A stretch of DNA of 64,000 nt from Methanobacteriota archaeon (GTDB taxonomy: Archaea; Thermoplasmatota; Thermoplasmata; SG8-5; JAGLSY01), in NCBI GenBank assembly GCA_020696385.1, contig JAEHCQ010000001.1:32001-96000 (forward strand), written 5' to 3'. Below, piece after piece: positions 35,101-43,590 of the stretch; position 1 is the first letter of the stretch; every line of letters begins with the position of its first letter. The notes below the pieces were generated by a model. That model was not told where the DNA came from and made no database searches. It was given only the letters and a program-made list of their open reading frames with translations. Both the position numbers and the translations under genes were made by a program.

Positions 35101-37084
35101 GAGAGCCCCAATCGATTCCATCATACCACATATGCCATTCTGTTCCATCATAATGAACATAAGGGGATCTAACACCATCTGGGTCTGCAGCGGTTCCATA
35201 ATTTAGCTCCATACCCAATTTCTGCCATGTTATGCCGTTATCATAGGATATGGCTTTGTGGATATATCCACGGTAGCCACCATTGGAGCCTATGCCAGTG
35301 TACCACATATGATAAATTCCATTATCATCTATAATGACATTAGGAGTAAGAACACCGTATTCTTCATACGCATTTCCATAATCAAGAACCATTCCCTGTT
35401 TCTGCCATACTATACCATCTGGGCTTGTGGCTCTGAATATTCTATGCCTGTACACCAGATTGTCATCTCCATCTCCATTGTACCACATGACATAACTGCC
35501 ATCATCCAGCTTCAGGACACATGGACTTGTTATATGAAGATCCTCGCCAGTTCCACCAATGTCAATTACAACACCACTCCGAACCCAGGAACTGTTTTGG
35601 CTCTGGTCTCCAAGAATGTCAACATCGATGGTTATGATATCATTTTCAATGGCTTGATTACTTGATAAGGCCAGTGAATTCAATGAAATATCCACACCCG
35701 CAGAAGGTATGGAAATAGCAGCAGCAGATATCTGGACAATTGCCATGTCATTGGTATTATCCATATCAGGTGGGGCGGAGTTGGTTATCTCTGCTATAAT
35801 ATCATAGTCTCCAGGGATAGCTGTCCAGTCAAATGATATGATAGTATTGGAATCTGCTGGAACAAAGACATTTGTCTGCCTGTATATCAAATTTGCAGCA
35901 GATATTGAGTCTAAATATAGAGATACAGTACAATTTGCATCCTGGCCGACCTTTGCAGCTGGTTTCTCTGCATAGAAAATACGATGATTGTTACCATCTG
36001 ATCCGGCATACCAACATTTCAAGATATCACCATCCATCAATACATGACCACTACCCACCTCATCACCCTCTAGAGGCATGGTACCCTCAATAGCTATGCC
36101 GGTCTTGACCCAGGCAATACCGTCGGGTGAGGTCGCATGCAATATTCTGGCAGTTGCAATAGAAGGCATGTAACCAGTGTAATACATCTCATACCCTCCA
36201 TTTATTGGTATGATCCGGGAATTTGAGGCGACTGGATAATCGTATGGTCCATCATTGTTCAGAACGACACCGTCCTTTATCCAGGCATCAGATAACTGTG
36301 CCTTGTGAGCATGACATAATCGAGCCTCATTTGGAGAGCCCCAGGAAATACCAGTATACCACATATGCCATTGGGATCCATCATAATGAACGAAAGGAGC
36401 AGTAGCGCCGTCGGGGTCTGCGGCAGTTCCATAGCCGACATCCACTCCCAATTTTTGCCATGTTATACCATCATCATAAGATATCGCCTTGTGAATATAT
36501 GCTCGATAGCCTCCATTGTAGCCTATTCCAGTGTACCACATATGATAGATATTGTTATCATCCACCATAACATTGGGAAAGTAAACGCCATTCTGCTCAT
36601 AAGCATTACCATAATCAAGAGCCAATCCTTGTTTCTGCCATGTCATACCATCCGAGCTTGTAGCTCTGAATATTCTGTAATTGTATACCGAACTGTTAGT
36701 TCCAAACCCTGCGTACCACATTGCATAGCTACCATCATCCATCTTCAGAACACTTGGATTTATTACATAAAGATCCTCATAAGCCCCGTCTACATCGAGT
36801 ACAACTCCACTCTTGTTCCAGGAACTGTTTTGGCTCTGGTCTCCAAGAATATCAACATCAATGGTTATAATATCATTTTCAATGGCTTGATTACTTGATA
36901 AGGCCAGTGAATTCAATGAAATATCCACATCGGAAGATAGTGGAGCATCCTGAATTGAAGATGAGGCTGTTATAATAGGTATAGAGATATCATCATTATG
37001 AACAGGATCTACCAATACCACAAATGATACTGTGAACATCAGGCATGCGATAGCAAGGGTCATTAGGGTATTTTTACGGTTCAT
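32153..37084 (-). CDS. Large surface protein: three CARDB-with-inserted-propeller modules, PKD, DUF11-like domain, TM, SHOCT-like tail
   Basis: Signal peptide; three ~410-aa repeats; PKD (FDASGSYDPDG...WDFGDG); DVLPAEL DUF11-like domain; TM; tail LDRKLISGEITEEEYIREMKK; GGAG RBS. Confidence 0.8.
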   Translation of the reverse strand: MNRKNTLMTLAIACLMFTVSFVVLVDPVHNDDISIPIITASSSIQDAPLSSDVDISLNSLALSSNQAIENDIITIDVDILGDQSQNSSWNKSGVVLDVDGAYEDLYVINPSVLKMDDGSYAMWYAGFGTNSSVYNYRIFRATSSDGMTWQKQGLALDYGNAYEQNGVYFPNVMVDDNNIYHMWYTGIGYNGGYRAYIHKAISYDDGITWQKLGVDVGYGTAADPDGATAPFVHYDGSQWHMWYTGISWGSPNEARLCHAHKAQLSDAWIKDGVVLNNDGPYDYPVASNSRIIPINGGYEMYYTGYMPSIATARILHATSPDGIAWVKTGIAIEGTMPLEGDEVGSGHVLMDGDILKCWYAGSDGNNHRIFYAEKPAAKVGQDANCTVSLYLDSISAANLIYRQTNVFVPADSNTIISFDWTAIPGDYDIIAEITNSAPPDMDNTNDMAIVQISAAAISIPSAGVDISLNSLALSSNQAIENDIITIDVDILGDQSQNSSWVRSGVVIDIGGTGEDLHITSPCVLKLDDGSYVMWYNGDGDDNLVYRHRIFRATSPDGIVWQKQGMVLDYGNAYEEYGVLTPNVIIDDNGIYHMWYTGIGSNGGYRGYIHKAISYDNGITWQKLGMELNYGTAADPDGVRSPYVHYDGTEWHMWYDGIDWGSPNEGRICHAHKAQLSDAWIKDGVVLNNDGPYDYPSAVSPSIIPTNTGYEMYYTGSIPYTGPSRILHATSSDGLTWVKTGIVLEGSLPLEANMIGLGQMSIEGDTMKCWYSGYDGSHQRLFYAEKPAGNVGQDANCTVSLYLDTISASNLIYRQTNVFVPADSNTIISFDWTAVPGDYDIIADITNSAPSDMDNSNDMAVVQISVDAITTPLVGVDISLDSLALSNNQAIENDIITIDVDILGDQSQSSSWNKSGVILDLGGAGEDLHVGKPCVLKLDDGSYVMWYNGDGDDSLTYRYRIFRATSQDGISWQRQGMALDFGNAYEEYGVLHPYVMVDDSGIYHMWYTGIGSNGGYRGYIHKAISYDSGITWQKLGMDMDYGTPADPDGVTVPFVLYDGTEWHMWYGGTDWGSPNEGRICHAHKAQLSDPWIKDGVVLNNDGQYDYPAASFPWIIPTATGYDMYYTGYAAYPGPCRILHASSPDGISWTRTGIVLEGSLPLETSAIGFGQVSIEGDTMKTWYTGYDGSHNRLFYAEKPAAKVGQDANSTVSFYLDTVSEATLIDRQYGIFVPADGATTVSTSWLADQLGDHSVIVVASDVVPGDIDLTNNQASGQMTINPFILPNLPPVADAGLDQMVCLNTDVQFDASGSYDPDGTIISYSWDFGDGSIINGLMPSYRYTTAGNFTVILTVIDNDGHVASDECQITVFEPEEPPIEPIGGVLTIDKVKTSGPDVVYTHTKYGWVLRITVANEGDSDVLVVVVHDVLPAELELVNYSASNGSFIHGQNGVGRAGSTHLTWNIGTMVAGEVQTLDLIISTKPNPAGKQEFTSPGIYSLNDGAWVTGNDAIDGEGLLVGPTPMITVIAIEGGELEDDTNLLPSLAITTPPGVDLLILKENGDEGLYDLETEQMENSKSQKNYAPSFVGLFLIGLVVIVLLTGTVVTSEIKKKKGTGDTDGMSELDRKLISGEITEEEYIREMKKKM

Positions 37085-37098
37085 TTTGATTTCTCCTT

Positions 37099-37125
37099 AT
37101 TTAGGACATGTTAAAGTCCATAAAT
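37099..37125. promoter_or_regulatory. Imperfect inverted repeat, candidate operator in the divergent promoter region
   Basis: ATTTAGGAC-N8-GTCCATAAAT between the surface-protein cluster and the wHTH gene. Confidence 0.3.
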
Positions 37126-37220
37126 ATGTGTTTTTAGAAAAATTAAATAGACTTTTCCCAATATTTAGTAGATAAATACCAAAGTAAATTTAAAATACTA
37201 TGTCTCACTTCTAACTATGG

Positions 37221-37655
37221 ATGAGAGAGAGAAGTGCGGCAATAATGAAGCATATGTCCTCGGAGACATGCAATAAGATCCTGCAAAGTTTGCGAGAGGA
37301 GCTGGATCACCCGGATGATATTTCCAAGAAATTGAAGGTTGTTCGGCAAACTGTGGATTGGCATCTATTGCGGCTCAGTGCCCTGGGAATCGTGGATAGG
37401 ATCCCTATTTCCTCACTTAGCGGGCGGCCAAAGATCATATACCGACTATCCAAAGATGGAGAGAATATGATAGACACCATTGATGATGCGGTCTTCAAGC
37501 ATTATTCTAAAATAAAGAAGGCATATCAGGACGATATCAAGGATCTGGACATGAAATTGGCTATGGGGCAGATCAGTGAAGATGCCTACAAAGAAAAGAT
37601 AAAGAAAACAGAAAAGGACCTAGGCATACTTAATGGGTCTGGATCCACTAAATAA
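37221..37655 (+). CDS. ArsR-like winged-HTH transcription regulator with C-terminal SHOCT-like motif
   Basis: KILQSL...ISKKLKVVRQTVDWHLLRLSALGIV...GRPKIIYRLS; tail LDMKLAMGQISEDAYKEKIKK. Confidence 0.85.
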   Translation: MRERSAAIMKHMSSETCNKILQSLREELDHPDDISKKLKVVRQTVDWHLLRLSALGIVDRIPISSLSGRPKIIYRLSKDGENMIDTIDDAVFKHYSKIKKAYQDDIKDLDMKLAMGQISEDAYKEKIKKTEKDLGILNGSGSTK

Positions 37656-37697
37656 AATCATATATCCTTATAATCAAACTTAAAAAATGAAAGAGAG

Positions 37698-37720
37698 GCC
37701 AGGCCCTTCAAAGGCCTGGC
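37698..37720. terminator. GC-rich hairpin between the convergent wHTH and tfb genes
   Basis: GCCAGGCC-CTTCAAA-GGCCTGGC. Confidence 0.5.
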
Positions 37721-37746
37721 ATTTATGTCTTTTCAAGGATCACTGT

Positions 37747-38679
37747 TCAAAGCTGGATCTCGATACCCAACTTTTCTGTGAGTTCCTTGTACCTGTTCCT
37801 GATGGTAACTTCAGTAACTCCAGCAACATCAGCAACTTCCCTCTGTGTCCTTCTCGCATTGCACAGGATGGAAGATACATATATTGCGGCCGCGGCCACA
37901 CCAGTTGGTCCTCTACCAGAGGTCAGCTCCTTCTCGGCTGCCTGCTTCAGTATCTCCAGTGCTTTCTGCTGAACATCTCCAGCCAGCTTCAATTCACTGC
38001 AGAACCTTGATATGTAATCTTCTGGCTTGGTGGGCATGAGCTTAAGCTTGAGCTCACGGGTCATGAACCGGTATGTCCTGCCGATCTCTTTTCTACCAAC
38101 ACGGCTGGCACCAGCGATCTCATCCAGTGTTCTTGGAACATTACACTGTCTGCAAGCAGCATAAAGGGATGCCGCAACGACTCCTTCGATGCTTCTGCCC
38201 CTGATAAGATTCTTATTAACTGCCTTTCGGTAGACCATGGCTGCGGTTTCCCTCACATTCCTTGGGAGACCCATTCCGGAGGCCATTCTGTCCAGCTCGC
38301 TAAGTGCGAAGGCCAGGTTCCTCTCGGTTGCATTGGAAACTCGTATTCTCCTCTGCCACTTTCTCAATCTGTAAAGCTGGGCTCGATTCCTTGTTGGAAT
38401 GCTCTTCCCATAGGAATCCTTGTTCTTCCAGCCGATCTCGGTGGAAAGACCCTTGTCGTGAATGGTATAGGTCATTGGTGCACCGGTTCTTGCACGTTTT
38501 TCACCCTGTTCCGAGTCAAATGCCCTCCATTCCGGACCCTGGTCTATCAATTGCTCATCGATAACCAAACCACAGTCCTCGCAAACAAGTTCTCCACGAT
38601 TATAGTCCCTGACAAGATGGCTTCCAGAACATTCTGGACACGCCACTACATCATCTGGTCCTTCTCTTTTTTTTGCCAT
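37747..38679 (-). CDS. tfb: Transcription initiation factor IIB
   Basis: Zn ribbon CPEC...CEDC, GPEWRAF, two cyclin folds, [12 protein letters not shown]. Confidence 0.97.
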   Translation of the reverse strand: MAKKREGPDDVVACPECSGSHLVRDYNRGELVCEDCGLVIDEQLIDQGPEWRAFDSEQGEKRARTGAPMTYTIHDKGLSTEIGWKNKDSYGKSIPTRNRAQLYRLRKWQRRIRVSNATERNLAFALSELDRMASGMGLPRNVRETAAMVYRKAVNKNLIRGRSIEGVVAASLYAACRQCNVPRTLDEIAGASRVGRKEIGRTYRFMTRELKLKLMPTKPEDYISRFCSELKLAGDVQQKALEILKQAAEKELTSGRGPTGVAAAAIYVSSILCNARRTQREVADVAGVTEVTIRNRYKELTEKLGIEIQL

Positions 38680-38965
38680 GCTTACTACCCCTTTTTATAT
38701 TCCTGAATTTTGATTCCAGTTCCTTGTCAGAGAAGATCTCGTTATTTATGAAATGCATCCTCTCACTCTCTGGAATACCAGATACTTTCACTATGAGATA
38801 TGGTGATGAGACCGGCCCTATGGTCTTGACCACATGCCCGATCTTTACCTTACTTCTGTCAAACACCCATGTGCCAGGCCTATGTGCCTCGCTGGTCTTG
38901 ACAAGGAGCTCTCCCTTGTGATTCATATCATTGACTGTACCCAGGGATTTCATCTCCAACCTCAT
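38651..38965 (-). CDS. gar1: H/ACA RNP Gar1/Naf1-like protein
   Basis: LGTV...VFD...[14 protein letters not shown]; typical position directly upstream of tfb. Confidence 0.8.
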   Translation of the reverse strand: MRLEMKSLGTVNDMNHKGELLVKTSEAHRPGTWVFDRSKVKIGHVVKTIGPVSSPYLIVKVSGIPESERMHFINNEIFSDKELESKFRNIKRGSKHGKKKRRTR

Positions 38966-39140
38966 CGTCTAAGTAATTTTGGAAACCTCCCTAAGAAAAA
39001 GTCATATATATACTTTTCGCAATCACTTATATTCTTTATTGTGATTTTCACGAAAGGTTTTTATATCTTTCGTTAGGGACTTATATCGATATATTATATT
39101 GGGCAATAGATCGTACATAATATTGCACATATGAAAGGTA

Positions 39141-39162
39141 TCCCAAGCCTAATGGCTTGGGA
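39141..39162. terminator. Hairpin downstream of the aminopeptidase gene
   Basis: TCCCAAGCC-TAAT-GGCTTGGGA; also resembles an IS200/IS605-type end hairpin. Confidence 0.4.
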
Positions 39163-39197
39163 CATTTCTACAGATGGAAGATATCCATCTTCGCGAT

Positions 39198-40631
39198 CTA
39201 CAATTCCTTCTCAGCAAAGAAAGCACTGTAAGCTCTGTATGTATTGTAGATATCAGCCTTACTGCCTATCTCGAAAGGCGAGTGCATGCTTATCAAAGCC
39301 GGACCACAGTCAACAGTTTCCATACCATATTCTGCAAGGAAGCGAGCGACTGTTCCGCCACCGCCTTCATCCACCTTACCAAGCTCGGCAGACTGCCATG
39401 GAACTTTATTCTTATTGAAAAGGTTCCTGACCTGTCCCATGTACTCGGCTGTCGCGTCATTGGAGCCGCCTTTTCCTCTGGCTCCTCCGAATTTACATAT
39501 GACGATACCGCGTCCGATCCTGGCTGCATTATTGGCCTCATGGACATCCTTGAAAACAGGGTGTATGGCTACATCGACATCAGCTGAAAGGGCGTGGCTA
39601 TTGGCCATCACACTCTTTAATTCTGAATATTTGAAATCGGGGTTCATCTTACTCATCAGCTCAGATACCGAGAGTTCGATGTAATTAGACTGGGCACCTG
39701 TAGCGCCTATGCTTCCAACTTCTTCCTTGTCGAAGAAATAGCAGATAGCAGTTCTCTCCGGTGTCTTGGCATCGAATAATGCCATCAGAGAAGTGTAAGC
39801 GCATGCGCGGTCATCCTGTCCGTATGCGCCGACCATGCTTCTGTCAAGGCCGACATCTCGGGGATTCATGGCCGGAACTGCCTCCAGTTCCGCACTTACA
39901 AGGTCTTCCTCAGTTATTCCATATTTCTCATTGAGTAATTTCAGGATATGTAATTTTATCTTGTTCTTGGCGTCCTTTTCCTCGGATAATGGGATGTGGC
40001 CAGCCAATATGACAAGTTCCTCTCCCTTGATCCCTTCGAAAAGGGTTCTGGTTCCCTGGGTCTTGTGAGCCAGATGAGGTAATAGATCACCTATGACGAA
40101 AACAGGGTCGGATTCATCCTCGCCTATAACGACATTGATCTTCTTTCCATCAGCTCTCATGATGACACCATGAATAGCCAGTGGTATGTTCACCCACTGG
40201 TATTTCTTTATGCCACCATAATAGTGGGTCTTGAAAAGTGCCAGTTCGATGTCCGTATCTTCATAGAGCGGCTTCTGTTTCAGATCGATCCTAGGGCTAT
40301 CGATATGAGATGCGATGAGCCTGAATCCATCATCCAGCTTCTTCTTACCGATGACCGCCATTGAAAGAACACGGCCCTTACTAACCTGGTACACCTTGTC
40401 ACCAGGCTTCAGCTTCTTGTATTTGTCAATGGATTTGAAGCCTTTCTTCTCAATAAGCGGGATAACATAGTCCACGACCTCTCTTTCTGTTTTGCATATT
40501 GTCAGGAACTTCTTGTAGCCTTCTGAAAAATCATGAATGGCCTTGATGGTCTTCTTATCTGCGTTTGCCCAGGAGCTTTCTCCCTTCATCGTTAGCTTTT
40601 CTTCTAAACTAGATGTTTTCTTCTTCGCCAT
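39198..40631 (-). CDS. M18-family aminopeptidase
   Basis: SHIDSPRIDLK, HYYGGIKKYQW, GQDDR, DKEEVGS, SADV, MHSPFE. Confidence 0.92.
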   Translation of the reverse strand: MAKKKTSSLEEKLTMKGESSWANADKKTIKAIHDFSEGYKKFLTICKTEREVVDYVIPLIEKKGFKSIDKYKKLKPGDKVYQVSKGRVLSMAVIGKKKLDDGFRLIASHIDSPRIDLKQKPLYEDTDIELALFKTHYYGGIKKYQWVNIPLAIHGVIMRADGKKINVVIGEDESDPVFVIGDLLPHLAHKTQGTRTLFEGIKGEELVILAGHIPLSEEKDAKNKIKLHILKLLNEKYGITEEDLVSAELEAVPAMNPRDVGLDRSMVGAYGQDDRACAYTSLMALFDAKTPERTAICYFFDKEEVGSIGATGAQSNYIELSVSELMSKMNPDFKYSELKSVMANSHALSADVDVAIHPVFKDVHEANNAARIGRGIVICKFGGARGKGGSNDATAEYMGQVRNLFNKNKVPWQSAELGKVDEGGGGTVARFLAEYGMETVDCGPALISMHSPFEIGSKADIYNTYRAYSAFFAEKEL

Positions 40632-40756
40632 TACCTACACCCCTTAAATGTATGATACCTGGATAGTTATTAAGTATATATCGGTTTTGCCATATTTAGC
40701 AGTAACAATTGTTTAAGATGTGCGATAATATACGACAAGATAAGATTTTAGAAAGT

Positions 40757-40938
40757 TTGACCTCCCCGCCCTCCGTTTCACTACAGACGAGGGTTCAAAT
40801 ATCAAAGCACTCTGTGACTGTCACTCGAATATTTTTTGAATATAAGACCACGCCCAATTCAAAATTGGGCTAGTTCGCAACTGACGTTGCTCACCCCGCC
40901 CGCCAGCTGAGAATACACTGTAATTTAGACGGGGCATG
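40757..40938 (-). mobile_element. Non-autonomous IS200/IS605-derived element (PATE/MITE-like), family C copy 1
   Basis: Two CCCCGCCC...GACG(A/G)GGG end hairpins around core AAGCACTCTGTGACTGTCACTCG; the minus strand ends GGGGAGG-TCAA. Homologous to 45807-45984. Confidence 0.6.
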
Positions 40939-40973
40939 ACGCTGTGAAATCAATGGCCTTTGGCCTATTGATT

Positions 40974-41116
40974 TCAGTACTCAAGATCTTCATCAGTAAG
41001 CCTTTTCTTTTTACCTCGCTGCGCTGGCCAGGCTCTAAAGAAAAGGGTTACCGTCCAAAAGAAAGTCGCCTGGCGCTGCTCGCTTGGGATTTTATCAGTA
41101 CTCAAGATCTTCATCA
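40974..41116. repeat. ~100-bp palindromic insert flanked by 22-bp perfect direct repeats (family D)
   Basis: TCAGTACTCAAGATCTTCATCA at 40974-40995 and 41095-41116; inner hairpin GTAAGCCTTTTCTTT...AAAGAAAAGGGTTAC. Confidence 0.75.
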
Positions 41117-41265
41117 TGGAAAAATTGACAAGTCAACATTTCTCAGCAAGAGTTCAATCATCACAGAATCACTAATTCCATTTCATTATTAAAATCCTTT
41201 GCATAGAATTAGTCTATCTGCTCGTGTAAGCCATATCCTATCAATGCGGCGTTTCAATCGCCGCA

Positions 41266-41365
41266 TTATTGAATCATCCCTAAGCTTAGGTTGGATTCAA
41301 TAAGGGCTCAGGAAATGCAGAAATATCTGCATTTACTCCCGCCCTTTAGGGTTAGGGAGCCCTCA
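41266..41365 (-). repeat. Structured intergenic element family B, copy 2
   Basis: Minus strand reads TGAGGGCTCCCTAACCC TAAA GGGCGGGAGTA...TGAGCCCTTATTGAAT...GATGATTCAATAA. Confidence 0.7.
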
Positions 41366-41401
41366 CTTTACTGGTTTTCTTACGGATACGGCAGTATTTT
41401 A

Positions 41402-42025
41402 CTAGTGCTGATGTTTAAAACTTTCCTCAAGGATAGCGAGGATATCAGCCAGCACCTCCTCAGCCGGCTGTTTTGCATCAATAATCTTTATACGGCTCTC
41501 AGTCTCCGCGATCCTAAGATAATTCGCCCTCACTTTTTCGAGATAATTATGCTTCTCGAACTTGGAAAGCTCCTCCCTGACCTTCAGTCGCTCCAGGGAT
41601 GTTTCCGAGTCAATGTCGAGAAGGAATGTGATGTCTGGCTCGCGAATGACTGTTGCATTCATCCGCGTTATCCAATCCACCGAGTCAATGCCCTGCTTGG
41701 CCAGTGGTTCCTCAAGGGATGCGCCCTGATAAGCGGTGCTGGAATCGCAATATCGGTCAGAGATCACTATCTGGCCGTCTGCCAGCTTCTTTTTTATTTC
41801 TTCAGTGTGCGTCGCCCTGTCTGCCAGGAAAAGAAAGACCTCTGTGAAGGGGCTTATCTCTTCGGTGTAGCTACGGCGGACTGCCTGGCCGAGCCAACTT
41901 TCGGAGGGTTCCAGGGTGTGGTGTACCTTGTGTCCTTTGTCTCCCAGGACACGAGCCAGTTCCTTGGATGCTGTACTTTTCCCACAGCCGTCAATGCCTT
42001 CCAGGGTGATGAATATGCCTGTCAT
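41402..42025 (-). CDS. tmk: Thymidylate kinase
   Basis: FITLEGIDGCGKST, LFLADR, SDRYCDSSTAYQG, PDITFLLD. Start MTGIF. Confidence 0.93.
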   Translation of the reverse strand: MTGIFITLEGIDGCGKSTASKELARVLGDKGHKVHHTLEPSESWLGQAVRRSYTEEISPFTEVFLFLADRATHTEEIKKKLADGQIVISDRYCDSSTAYQGASLEEPLAKQGIDSVDWITRMNATVIREPDITFLLDIDSETSLERLKVREELSKFEKHNYLEKVRANYLRIAETESRIKIIDAKQPAEEVLADILAILEESFKHQH

Positions 42026-42111
42026 CGGAACAAGGAAGGCTTTGTGGTCAAAATAGTTTTTGTTTTCATATTTACCCAAACTACTTATCATAGAACAAAA
42101 ATCCTGAACAC

Positions 42112-42738
42112 GTGTTCGCAAAGAAATGTAGCCACATCATCGCCCTGCCATTCGTACTGGCAGGCCTTATCTACTTCGTGATAGGGATAGTGTGCTGGCT
42201 AGTACCTTGGCTTCTTCTATTCGGCATCATCATGCTGATATTCTTCCGAGACCCAGAGCGGAAGATCGGGGATGGAATTGTTGCTGCGGCCGATGGCGTC
42301 ATCAGGGAGATAACTGATGACGACCAGTTCCTTAATATATCGACATTCATGAACGTGCACAATGTTCATGTCAACCGCGCTCCCATAAGCGGCAAGGTCA
42401 CTGCGATCGAGCGCGTGAAGGGAAGTTTCTCTCCGGCTTTCATGGGAAATGCTGGCGAGAATTCTCGTGTGATGATCGACCTGGATACCGATATCGGCCC
42501 GGTTCGTATCATACAAATTGCAGGAATATTCGCCTACAGGATCATGCCCTATATCTCGGTTGGCCAGCAGGTGGAGAAAGGTGATAAGATCGGGATCATC
42601 AGATTCGGATCCCGAGTGGATGTCATATTCCCTTCCAGAACCGTGAACCACACTGTCGAGATAGGGCGTAAGATGAAGGCTGGAATGACAACACTGGCAT
42701 ATCCGATCACTAACTTTCGCGAGGAGGAAAGCCAATGA
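42112..42738 (+). CDS. psd: Phosphatidylserine/archaetidylserine decarboxylase proenzyme
   Basis: FFRDPER, AADG, FMNVHNVHVNRAP, QIAG, IRFGSRVD (pyruvoyl cleavage site). Confidence 0.9.
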   Translation: MFAKKCSHIIALPFVLAGLIYFVIGIVCWLVPWLLLFGIIMLIFFRDPERKIGDGIVAAADGVIREITDDDQFLNISTFMNVHNVHVNRAPISGKVTAIERVKGSFSPAFMGNAGENSRVMIDLDTDIGPVRIIQIAGIFAYRIMPYISVGQQVEKGDKIGIIRFGSRVDVIFPSRTVNHTVEIGRKMKAGMTTLAYPITNFREEESQ

Positions 42739-43511
42739 GATGGATGAGCCGCATTTCCGCAGCTGATATCGTCACCCTCCTCAATGGATTGTCAGGATTG
42801 TTGGCTATCACATATATTCTTGATGGGGAGATGATGATCGCCTCCTGCTTGATCATACTGGCTATCGTGTTCGATGGTGTCGATGGAGCTGTTGCCAGGA
42901 AGTTCGGCACTTCCCATGATTTCGGTCGTTTTCTGGATTCAATATCTGATTCTATTTCCTTCTGTTTCGCGCCCGCCTTACTGGTGTATGGCAATCTTTA
43001 TGACAAAGATCTCGGCAGTGCGTGGACGAATATGCCGAATGCACTGGCTGTTATTGCCACTATGTTCTTAGGTTCCTTCGGAATACTCAGGCTGGCCAGA
43101 TTTTCCAGCAAGGACTTCAAGCAGGGACATTTCCTTGGATTTCCAACCCCAGCTGCTGCGCTTGGTATCGTGATGTTCTGCAGCATCTTCGGAAATCCGG
43201 AGCTCAATCCCTTATCCAGTGGCTTCGAGCCCACCTTCATTTTCATATTCGCGATGGTACTGGCCTTCCTCATGGTGAGTGACATACCTTACCCGAAGAT
43301 GAACAGAATATTCTTCGTATTAGCGGGTATGACCGGACTACTCATCTCACTTCCATTCTTGATGTATCTTATGGACATCGACATCTTCTCCGAGGCCACA
43401 CTCGGTAATATTGAACTGCTGGCAGTAATCCCATTCTCCGGATATCTTATCGGAGGGCCATTCATATCTAGCTGGATGCGATGGAAGAGGAAGAAAAATA
43501 GAGCTGTTTGA
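42735..43511 (+). CDS. pssA: CDP-alcohol phosphatidyltransferase (archaetidylserine synthase)
   Basis: DGVDGAVARK...GRFLDSISD, RLARF, FLGFPTP, LMVSDIPYPK; 4-nt overlap with psd. Confidence 0.88.
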   Translation: MRWMSRISAADIVTLLNGLSGLLAITYILDGEMMIASCLIILAIVFDGVDGAVARKFGTSHDFGRFLDSISDSISFCFAPALLVYGNLYDKDLGSAWTNMPNALAVIATMFLGSFGILRLARFSSKDFKQGHFLGFPTPAAALGIVMFCSIFGNPELNPLSSGFEPTFIFIFAMVLAFLMVSDIPYPKMNRIFFVLAGMTGLLISLPFLMYLMDIDIFSEATLGNIELLAVIPFSGYLIGGPFISSWMRWKRKKNRAV

Positions 43512-43590
43512 TCCTATTTTATCAATATTAGATAATTTACAAACTGGTCAGTAATTTCCAGTTCTATTATATACTCAAATCTGTATTTTC

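Noticed and set aside
24475-37084. Diversity-generating retroelement acting on the repeated surface genes
   Set aside because: No reverse transcriptase in the window; the repeats are in-frame coding and I saw no adenine-specific mismatch pattern.
40974-41116. Mini CRISPR array
   Set aside because: Only two 22-bp repeats around a ~100-bp palindromic spacer; no cas genes in the window.
40944-41192. 82-aa ORF in the repeat hotspot
   Set aside because: Spans the direct repeats and palindromes with no recognisable motif; likely spurious.
41291-42181. 296-aa plus-strand ORF
   Set aside because: Antisense to tmk.
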